From: Octopus vulgaris
Lineage: Eukaryota
Assembly (NCBI GenBank): GCA_951406725.2
Contig: OX597817.1
Location: 160,084,001-160,148,000 of the forward strand
Length of the DNA stretch: 64,000 nucleotides
Direction: 5' to 3'
Shown piece by piece: positions 1 through 14,954 of the stretch; position 1 is the first letter of the stretch; every line of letters starts with the position of its first letter. The position numbers and the translations under genes are program-made. A model generated the notes under the pieces. The model saw only the letters and a program-made list of their open reading frames with translations. It did no database searches and was not told the origin of the DNA.

Positions 1-209
1 CAATAGCACTGAGCCCAAGCCGTGAGAGGGAGTCTTTTCACCATTCACCCAAGCTGCTAGAAATAGCAGTCAAATGTCCTTTAAATCATTTACCTATCTT
101 CTCTTCTGAAATAAGGTGTAAAGAAGCATTCTCTGTATATATTTGTTTTTGTTTTTGTTTGTTTTTCCAGTTTCAGCTCTTGAGCTGTGGCCATGCTGGG
201 GCACCGCCA

Positions 210-376
210 TTGTGGTGAAAGAGTACAGCAGGGATCACCACCCCCTGCCGGAGCCTCGTAGAGCTTTTTTTAGGTGTTTTCGCTCAATAAACACACACAA
301 CGCCCGGTCTGAGAATCGAAACCGCGATCCTGCGACCGCGAGTCCGCTGCCCTAACCACTAGGCCATTGCGCCTCT
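210..376 (-). mobile_element. tRNA-headed SINE family A, 5' part
   Basis: Reverse complement of the family A head AGGCGCAATGGCCTAGTGGTTAGGGCAGCGGACTCGCGG; matches 62574-62958. Confidence 0.85.
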
Positions 377-380
377 ACAA

Positions 381-429
<49 letters not shown>

Positions 430-738
430 TCTTTTATTTTTTTACTTCAGTCATTTGACTGCGGTCATGCTGGAGCAACGCCTTAAAGGGTTTTTATTTG
501 AAGAAATTGACCTCAGGCCTCATTTTTTGTAAGGCTAGTATTTATTCTATCAGTGTCTTTTGCCAAACTGCTAAGTTACGAGGACGTAAACACACCAACA
601 TCGGTTTTCAGGCGATGGTAGGAGGGACAAACAGACACACACATAAATATATACATATTCTTTTATTCTTTTACATGTTTCAGCCATACTGGAGCACACC
701 CCAGGACATATTCTTTGTAAGCCAGGTATTTATTCTAT

Positions 739-739
<1 letters not shown>

Positions 740-803
<64 letters not shown>

Positions 804-1991
804 GCTGCTGCTGCTACTGCTGCTGCTGCTACTATTACTGCTTGCCTTAACACCCACGACCACCACATCAACCATGACCATCCTCACTTCTATTCAGGGT
901 ATCAACATCTACTATAACATGAGTTATAAAATGGTAACCACTACCCTCACAGCCACACCCACCACAAAACACCACTTTTATAAGCTATCATTACCACTAC
1001 TACCACCAACACCACCACCACTACCACCACCACCACCACCACCAACATTTTCAATGTGGATGCCAACACCAATGCTACTGCCACCACTGTTATCAACACT
1101 ACCACTACTGCCACCAGTACCAGCACCAACACTGCCATTAACACCACTAACACCACTAGTGCCAACACAACTATTATTACTAGCACCACTACCACAACCA
1201 CCACCACTACAACTAGTACTACCAACAGCACACACACACACACACACACTACTACCACTGCTGTTACCACCCACACGACCACTACTACAACCACCAACAA
1301 CACCACTAACCACAGCAAACACCACCACCACCACTGCCTTTAGAATATAAATGACCCCAGAATAACCACAACCTGACCCAAACATACCGCCATCCCCATC
1401 ACCACCACCACCATCATTATCACAAGAATCAACAATACCTACAACCACTGAGATTGCTAGAGATAGTACCCAAATCTCCCTCAAAACCACACTCTACTAT
1501 ATTGGAAAGGAATACATTGGATAAGGTGGTCCTGAGTTCCCTTGCATATATGAAAATGACAAGAGTGGTCATGGTTGGATTGTCTTCGGTTTGCTCATTC
1601 AGGGCTGACCTGGAGCTTAACAACCATAACAAACACCACCCACAATTAACATTAACACCCACCACCACCACCACCAAAACCAGGACCACAACAACAGCAA
1701 CAATGACAATAGCAGCCACCATCACAACAACTACCACCACAACAATAACAGAAGTAGTAGCAGTACTGGTAATTTCTACCCCCTTCAAACCCCATCCTGA
1801 CCCCCCCCCCCCCCTCCCAACCAACAACAACAATAGAGATAGTGTGAGCAGTGACAACATGTCCACTATCACCACCACCACCACAACCACCACAACCACC
1901 ACCTTCACCATGCAATGACAATAAGTCCAGAAGTACCAGCACCCCAACAAGGACACACACACACATTCATACACCTACTCATACACACACT

Positions 1992-2022
<31 letters not shown>

Positions 2023-2030
2023 ACACACAT
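740..2030. repeat. Compound trinucleotide/dinucleotide low-complexity tract (CTA, CAC, CAA, CA)
   Basis: Direct inspection; explains the poly-T/P/V ORFs. Confidence 0.9.
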
Positions 2031-2303
2031 TGTAGCTATAGGAATTAGAGCAGAACTGAACTGTTTAAAGACCTCAATAAAATATAGTCAATGTTCTTAC
2101 TCTCTCTCCTACACCCACCCACCCTGCTCTCTCTCTCCCACACACTCTCTCTCTCCTGAATACAAATCACTTTCACCTAGTTTTGAAAACAAACTGTATA
2201 TTGGAAGCCTGCAATATGTACAGCATTTGAAACCAATCCATCTATCGAACCACCCTTGTATAATTTCACTACAGAGTTGATCATGTAGAGTCAAATCATG
2301 CAG

Positions 2304-2367
<64 letters not shown>

Positions 2368-2385
2368 CGTGAAGGTGTTTATGCC

Positions 2386-2432
<47 letters not shown>

Positions 2433-2578
2433 AATTAAATATGAATCGAACGGCTTTTGTGTGTCTTAAATGATAAAATTTTTGCGTTTCAACAAAGATC
2501 AAATTACTATCAATGGCCAGTATATTAAAAAATACCTTTAAAAGTTAAATTTATAAACAACTTTATAAGTTGTGTGTG

Positions 2579-2638
<60 letters not shown>

Positions 2639-2639
<1 letters not shown>

Positions 2640-3019
2640 GCAGGAGTGGCTGTGTGGTAAGTAGCTTGTTTACCAACCACATGGTTCCGGGTTTAGTCCC
2701 ACTGCATGGCACCTTGGGCAAGTGTCTTCTACTATAGCCTCGGGCTGACCAAAGCCTTGTGAGTGGATTTGGTAGATGGAAACTGAAAGAAGCCCGTCGT
2801 ATATATGTATATATATGTATGTGCGTGTATGTTTGTGTGTCTGTGTTTGTCCCCCTAGCATTGCTTGACAACCAATGCTAGTGTGTCACTTAGCGTTCGG
2901 CAAAAGAAACCAATAGAATAAGTACTGGGCTTACAAAGAATAAGTCCTGGGGTCGATTTGCTCGACTAAAGGCGGTGCTCCAGCATGACCGCAGTCAAAT
3001 GACTGAAACGAGTAAAAGA

Positions 3020-3021
<2 letters not shown>
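2639..3021 (+). mobile_element. SINE family B (tRNA-like head, internal TA/TG microsatellite, GTAAAAGA tail)
   Basis: A-box-like TGGCTGTGTGG, B-box-like GGTTTAGTCCC, CORE-like GGCACCTTGGGCAAGT; more than 12 similar copies in the window. Confidence 0.9.
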
Positions 3022-3061
<40 letters not shown>

Positions 3062-3205
3062 GGATGGATGGATAGATAGATAGATATAGATAAAACTTAC
3101 TCGGAAATGGATGTGTGGCATTTGATCATATAATGATATAAATATATGCATATATACATATATGTACATACTTACATATATATGTATATATACATGCATA
3201 TATGG

Positions 3206-3422
3206 GTACAGGACATCAAAAAAGCATTGAACACAATGAGAAATGAAAACATAAAAACAAAAACATAGAAAATGAACTTTTTTTCGGACAATGGAAAACA
3301 CAAACAGAAAAACAAGACATGCAACATAAAGAATATTCCCCTTCGCCAGTTGTCCCTGTTTCATCTACTCCGCGTTCCGAAGGCAAGGACAATACGCGAC
3401 TTCGTTGAAAGAGTCCTTCCCG
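3206..3422 (-). mobile_element. Penelope-like pLTR-type fragment (GTACAGGAC family)
   Basis: Similar to 23698-23837 and 39326-39600; all begin at GTACAGGAC next to TA-rich tracts. Confidence 0.4.
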
Positions 3423-3698
3423 GACTCACAATTATGAGACAGTAAAGTTCGATTCCCGGACTGGGCTGTGTGTTGTGTTCTTAAGCAAGGCACTTTATTT
3501 CATGTATACCCCAGTTCACTCAGCTGTAGAAATGAGTTTTGACATCACTTGTACCAAGCCTTTACCTTTCTCTCGGATAACATTGGTGGTGTGGAGGGAG
3601 GAGGCTGGTATGTATGGGCAACTGTTGGTCTTGTGCCTCGGAGGGGAACTTTCTAGATGCAATCCCATTGTCATTCATGACTGAAGGGGTTCTTTACC

Positions 3699-3700
<2 letters not shown>
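3421..3700 (+). mobile_element. SINE family D, diverged
   Basis: Similar to the reverse complement of 13496-13833. Confidence 0.75.
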
Positions 3701-3743
<43 letters not shown>

Positions 3744-3747
<4 letters not shown>

Positions 3748-4119
3748 AATTAAGGACTGAACACGAAAAGTGGACAGTCAACATGCTAGATATAGACGTC
3801 AAATCGTCATTCTCAGTCAAATCGTCATGGCTGCAGTTTTCCTTGCGGAAAATAACAGCTGAAACTAAGTTAGTACATGGGTAATTATTTTATTTCGTAT
3901 ATTTTTCACTTGTTTATTGCTATGGTTTTGTGTTGAGTTTGATCTGAGAACATAATCTTTTGTGGAGAATGACGATTTGACGTCTATATCTAGCATGTTG
4001 ACTGTCCACTTTTCGTGTTCAGTCCTTAATTGGTATATATAAATATTTTAATCTTCGGATTCTTTTTTAATATGCTAGACCACTGGTCTTAATTGATAAA
4101 TATCAATTTCTACCCTTAA

Positions 4120-4125
<6 letters not shown>
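3744..4125. mobile_element. Fold-back element in (TA)n: 71-bp perfect inverted repeat (3744-3814 / 3965-4035) plus one-sided tail
   Basis: Arms are exact reverse complements; the tail (CTAGACCACTGGT...CTACCCT) resembles 38740-38781; TA arrays on both sides. Confidence 0.8.
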
Positions 4126-4189
<64 letters not shown>

Positions 4190-4235
4190 GTATGTATATA
4201 TATATATATGTATGTATATATATATATGTATATAT

Positions 4236-4452
4236 TCTTTTAGTCTTTAACTTGTTTCAGTCATTTGACTGCGGCCATACTAGAGCACCACCTTGGGTTG
4301 AACAAATCGACCCCAGGACTTATTCTTTGTAAGCCTAGTACTTACTTATTCTGTCGGTCTCTTTTGCTGAACCGCTAGGTTTTGGAGATGTAAACACACC
4401 AACATCAGTCATCAAGCGATGGTGGGGAGACAAACACAGACACACACACAAG

Positions 4453-4520
<68 letters not shown>

Positions 4521-4684
4521 CATACAATGGGCTTCCTTCAGTTTCTGTCTACCAAATCCACTCATAAGGCTTTGGTCAGCCTGAAGCTATAGTAGAAGAC
4601 ACTTGCCCAAGGTGCCACACAGTGAGACTGAACCCTGAGCTATGTGGTTGAGAAGGAAGCTTCTTACCACACAGCCACTCTTGC
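4236..4684 (-). mobile_element. SINE family B
   Basis: Full-length match to the family B consensus. Confidence 0.85.
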
Positions 4685-4745
4685 ACATATATATATGTGT
4701 ACACGCACACACACACACACACACATACACACACACACACACACA

Positions 4746-4891
4746 TGCGTGGCTGTGTGATAAGAAGTTTGCTGTGGCAACTTGTCTTCTGCTATAGCCT
4801 TGGACTGAACAAGGCCTCATGAATGGATATGATTGATGGAAACGGAAAAGAAGCTCATTGTATATATCTATCTATCTGTCTGTCTGTCTGC

Positions 4892-4977
<86 letters not shown>

Positions 4978-5200
4978 GTGTGTGTGTGTTTCTCTCTGTG
5001 TGTGTTTGTCCCTCTCACTCCTTCACAGCCAGTATTGGTGTGTTTACATCTCTGTAACTTAGTGGTTCAGCAAACAAAACTTATAGAATAAGCAACAGGC
5101 TGTAAAAAAAAAATGTGCTGAGGTTAATTTGCTTGACAAAAATCCTTAAGGCAGTGCTCCAGCATGGTCGTGGTCTAATGACTGAAACAAGTAAATGACA
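4746..5200 (+). mobile_element. SINE family B, diverged, head-to-head with the previous copy
   Basis: Family B head and tail motifs. Confidence 0.8.
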
Positions 5201-5212
5201 AAAGATAAAAGA

Positions 5213-5662
<450 letters not shown>

Positions 5663-5996
5663 AGTAGAGGAAGGTATAAATGGTCTTTGAATTTTCTTCA
5701 ATGAGATGCAGCTAAATGAATTCTCATCATCTTAATATTTTCATGTAACACTAGCGCACCAATCTTTGCAAAGGCCGTCTGGAGAATCAGTCTTTGCAAA
5801 GATTGCTAGATGAAATTTTAAGAGTTTAGTAGTAATTCTTTCAAAGACCTTTTATACCTGTTCATAAATAATTTAAGAACGATAATTTTATTACTTTTAA
5901 ATTTTCTTTATTATTTATTAATATATTCTGTACTCTATCAAAACACATTTTATTTCTTCCTCTCTTTCTTTCTGTCTGTCTATGTGTTTGTACATA

Positions 5997-6690
<694 letters not shown>

Positions 6691-7543
6691 AGGTGTGTCT
6701 CTGTGTAGGAGAAGCTTGCTTCCTAACCATGTGCTCTTAAGTTCAGTCCCAATACATAACACCTTGGGCTAGTGTTTTATACTATAGTCCTAGGCTAACT
6801 AATTCCTTGTTACATTTTTACATTATTGAAAGATTAGCCTCCATGCTGTGGGAAACCTTCAGGTGGCATTGGCTGGCGAATATCTGTTCAATTGATCCTA
6901 TCAGTGTTTATTGACTTCCAGTTGGTCAGGCATATAGCATGGTGACTACAAACTTCCAGTTACAAGGTTGCTTTCAATCATTCTAATTCAATGGTTTTAT
7001 AAAGATTAACTTGAAAGTATTTGTTCTTATGGCAACATTTATAGAGTAGCTCTCACTTTCTATTTGAAGTGTGTGCTATTTTGGTGAGGAAGCTGCAGTA
7101 ATTGTATACACCTGGCACAAATTATTTTGCCATTCCTAACAAAATTATTGAGCTCAATTAAACAAAAATAGTCAAGTAAGTTGATGTCTACAAACCAACA
7201 TTCCATACTCAAGACAAGTTGGAAGTCAACAAACTACAAATACCAATTGGAAGGGTGTTCGGTTTCAGCTAAAGATTGTTTGTGGACAAAGAACCTGAGA
7301 CTCAAAGGAAAAAAGTAAGATGGATCTGTATAAGTGTGTGTGTGTGTGTGTATTTATATGTGTATGTGTGTATGTGTGTGTGTGTGTGTGTGTGTTAGAA
7401 ATAGAAAAACAAATGATATCATTTATACAGATCATTAAAAATCTTATATACCTACATACATTGATCAGAATTGGACCCTTAGACACATTTAGACCTCCAG
7501 CCAAATACTTAGTATGCCATGTCTTCAGATGGTACTGACCACA

Positions 7544-7591
<48 letters not shown>

Positions 7592-7594
7592 TAT

Positions 7595-7870
7595 ATATAT
7601 ATAAAACTGAGAATGTGTGTCTGTCTGTCTGTCTGTCTGTGTGTTTCCCTAAAACTTGAGAACTGCACAACCAATTTCATTCAAATTTTACACATGCCTT
7701 ACTTAGGGTCGGGGGAGTGTCATGGGCAAAAAAAAATGTTCAACTTCTTGCCTAGGGCGAGCCCATAGCAATATCATATCTTCTCCACTATTTTGGTATT
7801 ACGTGTTAAAAGTGAAACAAAAACATTTCTCTATTTTATGTCAGATACTTTCACTTTAACAATAAAAATT
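7595..7870 (+). mobile_element. Probable non-autonomous Helitron 5' portion
   Basis: TATATATAAAA followed by (GTCT)n, the same layout as the 5' end of the Helitron at 23871. Confidence 0.4.
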
Positions 7871-8049
7871 AGAGATAATAATAACAATTGAATTATATGT
7901 ACTAAGTAATAATTAAAATCAAACTAAAGTATAATATAATCGTAACATAACAAAAGTAAAAATAGCAATTGGTATAAAATTGCATCAATGACTTGAATAA
8001 GTGGTTTCACATGAATGGGAATAAATTAAAAATAAAATTAATGTGCAGA

Positions 8050-8430
8050 AATGGAATAGTTCATTAAATTAAAGAAAAGACTATTGTCTATAAAGTATAC
8101 AATGTAGAGAAAAAAAAAGATTTGAACACCTGAAGGAAAGCACCATCGAAAAGTGTCTTGGTGCGACTATGAAAGATATCAAGTATCTAACCAGAGGCGG
8201 TAAATTCGCCACAATAGAAGCAAGGTTCGAGTCAACGGAGCGTGTAAGGGAGTACTCGACTCGAACCTTGCAAGGTGGAAATATTTTATTTTTACCTTTA
8301 TATCTGGGACGTAGGACATCCCGGATAAAAATTTAAAATGTCTCCCCAGAAGTAGAGGTAGGCTGGATTGTAGCCACACTTCTATACAAGAGGGGGGACA
8401 AGATACAATTGATCGAAATTGCAAGAGACG
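8050..8430 (+). pseudogene. Degenerate coding fragment, possibly LINE ORF1
   Basis: Reads FEHLKESTIEKCLGATMKDIKYLTRGGKFATIEARF...FLPLYLGRRTSRIKI*NVSPEVEVGWIVATLL with a stop and a frameshift; family assignment is inference. Confidence 0.3.
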
Positions 8431-8604
8431 GGCCTACAATTCCAGTCTGTTATATATTTTGAGTATTGTTATCGCTAGCGATATCAAGATATAACTTTGT
8501 ATTTTGTATTTTATGATGTATATATATATATAGATGTACACATATATATATACACATAAATACATGCACTAGCACTATGACCCTATGATTTTATTCAACA
8601 CTTT

Positions 8605-8741
8605 CCCCTTTCAGATTCACACACTTATTGCAGCGGTCCTTCAGATTTTCTAAGCCCTGTAAAAGAACTTGGAAGGTTGGACCTCCAACCAGGCCTTTCA
8701 CGATATTTGTAGAGCCAGGAACTTTTTAGCACCCTCTCGTA
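8605..8741. mobile_element. Mariner-type terminal fragment
   Basis: Ends AGCCAGGAACTTTTTAGCACCCTCTCG-TA, resembling mariner TIRs ending in TA. Confidence 0.4.
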
Positions 8742-8771
8742 TATATCCACAGTCAATCATAAATATATGTA

Positions 8772-8811
<40 letters not shown>

Positions 8812-9161
8812 CAGGGTTTGGACAAAATAATGGAAACATCTAGCATCATAGAATCTTAATTATGAAATATCTATAAAACCATCAAAAGCTTGTATATATG
8901 TGTATATATGTTTTTTGATTTATTATTAGTGTTGCTTAATATGTTTTGCTAAAATTGCTGTTTCTATTCAAAAAAAGATAATTAAAATTAATTAAAATGA
9001 CAGATCTATCGATCTTTCAAAGAGGTCAAATTGTTGGTGCTCGTATGACAGGCGCTAGCGTAACGAAAACAGCTGAAACGTTTGATGTATTGAGAAGTAA
9101 TGTCTCAAAAGTAATGACAACCTCTGAGAAAGAGGGAAAAACCTCCTCGTCGAAACAAAAT
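8812..9161 (+). mobile_element. Tc1-family transposon 5' end (TIR plus N-terminal HTH of transposase), truncated
   Basis: TA-CAGGGTTTGGACAAAATAATGGAAACA TIR; ORF 8997 MTDLSIFQRGQIVGARMTGASVTKTAETFDVLRSNVSKVM is a typical Tc1 HTH start. Confidence 0.85.
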
Positions 9162-9278
9162 TTTATATATATATATATATATATAAAATATTATTAGAGA
9201 CAAAACCACTATTTTGCAAAACAAACAAGGAAAGACTTAATCAATACATAAAATTTTAATAAATAGTCAAAAAAACCG

Positions 9279-9321
9279 CCACTACAATCGTTTCTTGTCT
9301 TGATCGACAATCTTCAGGTGG
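9279..9321 (-). ncRNA. Minimal type I hammerhead ribozyme motif
   Basis: ccac CUGAAGA uuguc-gaucaa-gacaa GAAAC gauu GUA gugg: full core, stem I 4 bp, stem II 5 bp, GUA cleavage triplet. Confidence 0.8.
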
Positions 9322-9385
9322 ACTTCAATAATTCAGTTTCAAATTTCAAGTATGTATGTATGTATATATATATATATATATATAT

Positions 9386-9434
<49 letters not shown>

Positions 9435-9711
9435 CACACACACATATGCATACACACTCAAATATATTTAAAATATCTATAACTAAATGTATGTGTATGT
9501 ATAAACGTATGTATGTATGTATGTATGTATGTATGTATGTATGTATGTATGTATGTATGTATGTACGTACGTATGTATGTATGTATGTATGTATGTATGT
9601 ATGTATGTATAAACGTATGTATGTATGTATGTATGTATGTATGTATGTATGTATGTATGTATGTATGTATATGTGTGTGAGTGTGTGTAGGTGTTTGTGC
9701 ATGTGGTGTAT

Positions 9712-9751
<40 letters not shown>

Positions 9752-9809
9752 ATTCCACAATCACTTTATCATATTGTAATCACTGAAGGTGAGCAGAAGA
9801 AGTACTGCC

Positions 9810-10302
9810 GAGTGGTGGCGGTGGTGGTGACAGCAGCAATAATGATGATGACGGCGGCGGCGGCGGCGGTGGTGGTGGTGGTGGTGATGGTGGTGGTGGT
9901 GGTGCACCCCCCCACCTCATGCCCCCCCCTCCCCTTCCCCCCTACTCGAAATACCTATGACAATCTAACAAGGACAACCACGAAAATAACAGGAGCAACA
10001 GCAATAAATATATCAACAATAACAATAACAATAACAATAACAACAACAACAACAGCAACAACCTTGACCAGTGGTTCCTTTTAATTATAAATGATGATTG
10101 CAGAGCAGATTATCATTCGAAGTTACTGTCTTCGTCTTTCTTAGTCCTTTCTACAAACTGTTAACGGCACCCCTCCGCCCCCCCACACACACACACCGTC
10201 GGCATTGCCTTCATTATCATCATCATCATCATCGTCATCATCATAATCATAATCACCACCTCCTTAAGCATCATCACTACCACTACTGCAGTCGCTTTCA
10301 TC

Positions 10303-10356
<54 letters not shown>

Positions 10357-10399
10357 AGCAGCTGTAGCACCACCACCACTACCACCCCTGCCACTGCTC

Positions 10400-10431
<32 letters not shown>

Positions 10432-10472
10432 GTCATCATCATCATCATCGTCATCATCATCGTCATCATCAT

Positions 10473-10513
<41 letters not shown>

Positions 10514-10555
10514 GCAGCTGTAGCACCACCACCACTACCACCCCTGCCACTGCTC

Positions 10556-10598
<43 letters not shown>

Positions 10599-10609
10599 TA
10601 TCATCATCG

Positions 10610-10644
<35 letters not shown>

Positions 10645-10734
10645 TCTACTACAGCTACTACCACTTACACCATCACCATCATCGTCATCATCATCATTGT
10701 CACCGTCATCACTACTACAGCTACTACCACTTAC

Positions 10735-10765
<31 letters not shown>

Positions 10766-11011
10766 TCATCATCGTCATCACCGTCATCACCTCCACTGTC
10801 ACCATTTTCATCATTATCATCATCATCATCGTAAACCACACCGCTACCACCACCACCACCACCACCACCACCACCACCACCACCACCAGCACTTTTGTAA
10901 TAATCATCATCAACACCACCTTCGCCATTCCCACCACCACTACCACCACCACCCACCAACACCAACACCGCCATCACCAGCAACACCACTAACACCTCTA
11001 CCACCGCTTTT

Positions 11012-11052
<41 letters not shown>

Positions 11053-11070
11053 GATTATCATAACCAGCAT
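9810..11070. repeat. Compound (GGT)n/(CAA)n/(CAT)n/(CAG)n/(CAC)n tract with internal duplications
   Basis: Direct inspection. Confidence 0.9.
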
Positions 11071-11479
11071 TAGCAACGCTGGCCTTGGAAAAAGACCCAC
11101 ACCTTCACATGTTAAAGTGCAGTAGTACATATAATGACTTACCATAAGTACAATGTTGTGAAACAACATATGGACTTCAGAGAGAGAGAGAGAGAGAGAA
11201 GGAGAGTAGAGGCATTGTCAAAGAGAGAGAAAGAGAGAGACAGAGAAAGAGATAAGTGAGAGAGCGAGAGAGAGAAAGAGAGAGAGTGTGAAAAGTAGGG
11301 AGGGAAGAGTGATGGGGGTAGGTGTATAAGAAAACCTACTAAAAAATTCAGGTCAAGCTATTCAATAGATAAGTTACAGATACTGTTGTTTCATGTGTGT
11401 ATGTACTACAGATGTATGTTTGTATTTATATACACACCAGATATGCATATATATATATATATATGTGTGTGTGTATGTA

Positions 11480-11514
<35 letters not shown>

Positions 11515-12330
11515 CTATATCTATATCTATATATACACACACATACATACACACACACACATATATGTGTGTGTGCATATATATATATATTAAAATATAT
11601 ATGTATATGTATATATATGTATGTGCATATATATTTTATTGTTTTATTTGTTTCAGTCATTTGACTGTGGCCGTGCTGGAGCAACACCTTGAACTCTCTC
11701 TCACACACACACACAGACACACACACACACACGTATGTATATATTTATATGTATGTATGCATATGCACAAACCTACATTCGTATATCGTATATATACATA
11801 CATACATACATACGAATACACATGTACATATTAAAATGCATATATATATATTTGTATATATGTATATATATGTGTGTGTGCGTATGTATGTATATAGACA
11901 CACATACATTTACATACAAACACACACGCATGTATATATAAAAATGCACAAACACACACATATATATATATGTGTGTGTGTGTGTGTGTAATTAATCTTT
12001 TCTATACATACACATGTATGATTCTTTGTGTATGTGTGTAATTATGGGTGTGTATATATTTTGCATGTATACATAAACACACGCACATATGTATGTCTGT
12101 GTGTATGTGTACATATGTATATATATATACATACATGCATATATATATACATATATGTGTGTGTGTGTGTATACAACTATGTGTATGTATGCATGAACGC
12201 ATGTGTATATATAATCTGAGGATATATATATACATATACATACATATATATATATGTGTATATATATATATATGTATATATATATATGTGTATATATATA
12301 TATGTATATGTGTGTATATATATGTATATA

Positions 12331-12424
<94 letters not shown>

Positions 12425-12713
12425 TATGCGCTTTTCATTAAGTGGCGGCATTTTTTAGCTGATATTTTATTTGTTCAAAGATGTTTCCGGATGTTTTCTA
12501 CAAATTTGTGTGTGTGTATATATGTGTGATTGTGTACGCGCACATGAGTGAATGCGTTTTTACGTGTGTGCGTATTTGCGTGTGTGTGCATGTTGCGCAT
12601 GTATACAGGTATGTGTATATACACATATATATATTGTTGTATTTGGGGATGGTCATGTTGCCAGTTTAGCCAATAAAATGAATATATGTATATATATATA
12701 TATATTATATACG

Positions 12714-13110
12714 TAGGCGCAGGAGTGGCTGTGTGGTAAGTAGCTTGTTTACCAATCACATGGTTCCGGGTTCAATCCCACTGTGTGGCACCTTGGGCAA
12801 GTGTCTTCTACTATAGCTTCGGGCCGACCAAAGCCTTGTGAGTGGATTTGGTAGACGGAAACTGAAAGAAGCCAGTCGTATATATATATATGCGTGTGTG
12901 TGTGTTTGTGTGTCTGTGTTTGTCCCTCTAGCATTGCTTGACAACCGATGCTGGTGTGTTTACGTCCCCGTTACTTAGCGGTTCGGCAAAAGAGACCGAT
13001 AGAATAAGTACTGGGCTTACAAAAGAATAAGTCCCGGGGTCGAGTTGCTCGATTAAAGGCGGTGCTCCAGCATGGCCGCAGTCAAATGACTGAAACAAGT
13101 AAAAGAATAA
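12714..13110 (+). mobile_element. SINE family B
   Basis: Near-consensus full-length copy. Confidence 0.9.
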
Positions 13111-13122
13111 AAGAGAGAGAGA

Positions 13123-13183
<61 letters not shown>

Positions 13184-13495
13184 GAGAGTCAGAGAAATGC
13201 AGGTATATAAAATACTATACAAAAGAAATACTTGATTCATTATGACAATTTCTGCCTCTAGAAGACGTGTCATAATTAACAAATGGCTATTGAAACCAGA
13301 TGCATATGTGAAGGAAGGATAATCACAGCAATTAAAAACTGCCTAAAGCTGACCAGCCATCAAGAAAAAGGACAGTCTTATTCTGTGTGTATGTGTGCGT
13401 GTGCGTGTACTTACAAGTGGTTGCATTGTACACATGTCCATTTATATATGTCTGTCTGTACACACACACACACACACACATATATATAGTGATAG

Positions 13496-13833
13496 TGACC
13501 CCCTTTCGGTCAGACACTGACCATGGGTTTTGCACCTAGAGAGTTACTCTCTGAGGCACAAGTCTGGGCAAGGTTGTTTCATGGAAGACCAGCAGTCGCC
13601 CATGCATACCGGTCTCCCCTCTCCACGTCACCGATGTTGTCCAAGGGAAAGGCAAAGGGGCCGATACAGCTTGGCACCTGTGACGTCGCAACTCATTTCT
13701 ACAGCTGAGTGAACTGGAGCAATGTGAAATAAAGTGTCTTGCTCAAGAACACAACACGCAGCCCGGTCCGGGATTCGAGCTCACAACCTCACGATCGTAA
13801 GCTCGACGCTCTAACCACTGAGCCACGCGCCTT
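13496..13833 (-). mobile_element. SINE family D (tRNA-like head, CTTGAGCAAGACACTT core)
   Basis: Head GAAGGCGCGTGGCTCAGTGGTTAGAGCG...TCGAATCCC (A and B boxes); related pieces at 3421 and 30758. Confidence 0.85.
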
Positions 13834-14010
13834 CAATATATATATAACAATTACAATAATGGAGGATAAAACTTTAAAAAAAAAATTTTATGAGTGGCCA
13901 GCATATAAAATGATACCAATTAAGGTGAGACGATTTAGCGTCTGTTTCTCAGCATATAGGCTAGAAAATTTTTTTATACGCCCTTATTATAATTATACTC
14001 TCACACACAC

Positions 14011-14343
14011 ATGTATGTATGTATGTATGTATGTATGTATGTATGTATGTATGTATGTATGTATGTATGTATGTACGTATGTATGTATGTATTTATGTAT
14101 GTATGTATGTATGTATTTATGTATGTATGTATGTATGTATGTATGTATTTATGTATGTATGTATTTATGTATGTATGTATGTATGTATTTATGTATGTAT
14201 GTATGTATGTATGTATGTATGCATGCATGCATGCATACATGTATGTATGTATGTATGTATGTATGTATGTATGTATGTATGTATGTATGTATGTATGTAT
14301 GTATGTATGTATGTATGTATGTATGTATGTATGTATGTATGTA
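14011..14343. repeat. (TATG)n microsatellite
   Basis: Direct inspection. Confidence 0.95.
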
Positions 14344-14954
14344 TTAACGAAGCAAGTAATATCCAAATGTGAATTCATAAAAAATAGGGCATAAGAAAAT
14401 CTACCAACATGAGTACAGGTCAATATAACGCCCGGAACGAACGAAGACAAATTAACGTTTCGTATAGTTGTCATTCGTCAAGATAAAAGACGAGAGAATG
14501 CACAAATATATGTGAGAAACGTTACTTTGGAGATATAACATGTTGTAATAGTGTGTCGACAATGAGTGAAGTAAAGATGTTTTCCAGCAGAAATGAAATG
14601 AGTATATGGTAAGGGGAATATGTCTTTTATTACTGTCTTCTATTATAACAGACTGACCAAAGGGCTATGATTGGATTTGATAGACGGGAACTAAAAGAAG
14701 GCTAAAGTACATATCTGTGTGTGTGTGTGCGGGCGTGAATTGAGGCGGGATTTCTTCGTTTGGATTTCCTTTCTGTTGCCAATCCTTATCCGTTTCTAAG
14801 TAAGGTAATATTTTTCATTTTCCCCGTGATTAAATACGATTAAAAATTGTTATATTTAAAGATTATATTTCATGGAAGATTAAAAATGAGGGGCAACGCT
14901 TGAATGTTGGTGACAATCGCTTATAATTATCGTGTGATATTATGAAGAGGAAAT

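Noticed and set aside
1454-1625. Complex-looking ORF segment among trinucleotide repeats
   Set aside because: Its start resembles 55-90 (GCTAGAAATAGCAGTCAAAT), indicating a diverged interspersed repeat; no recognisable protein
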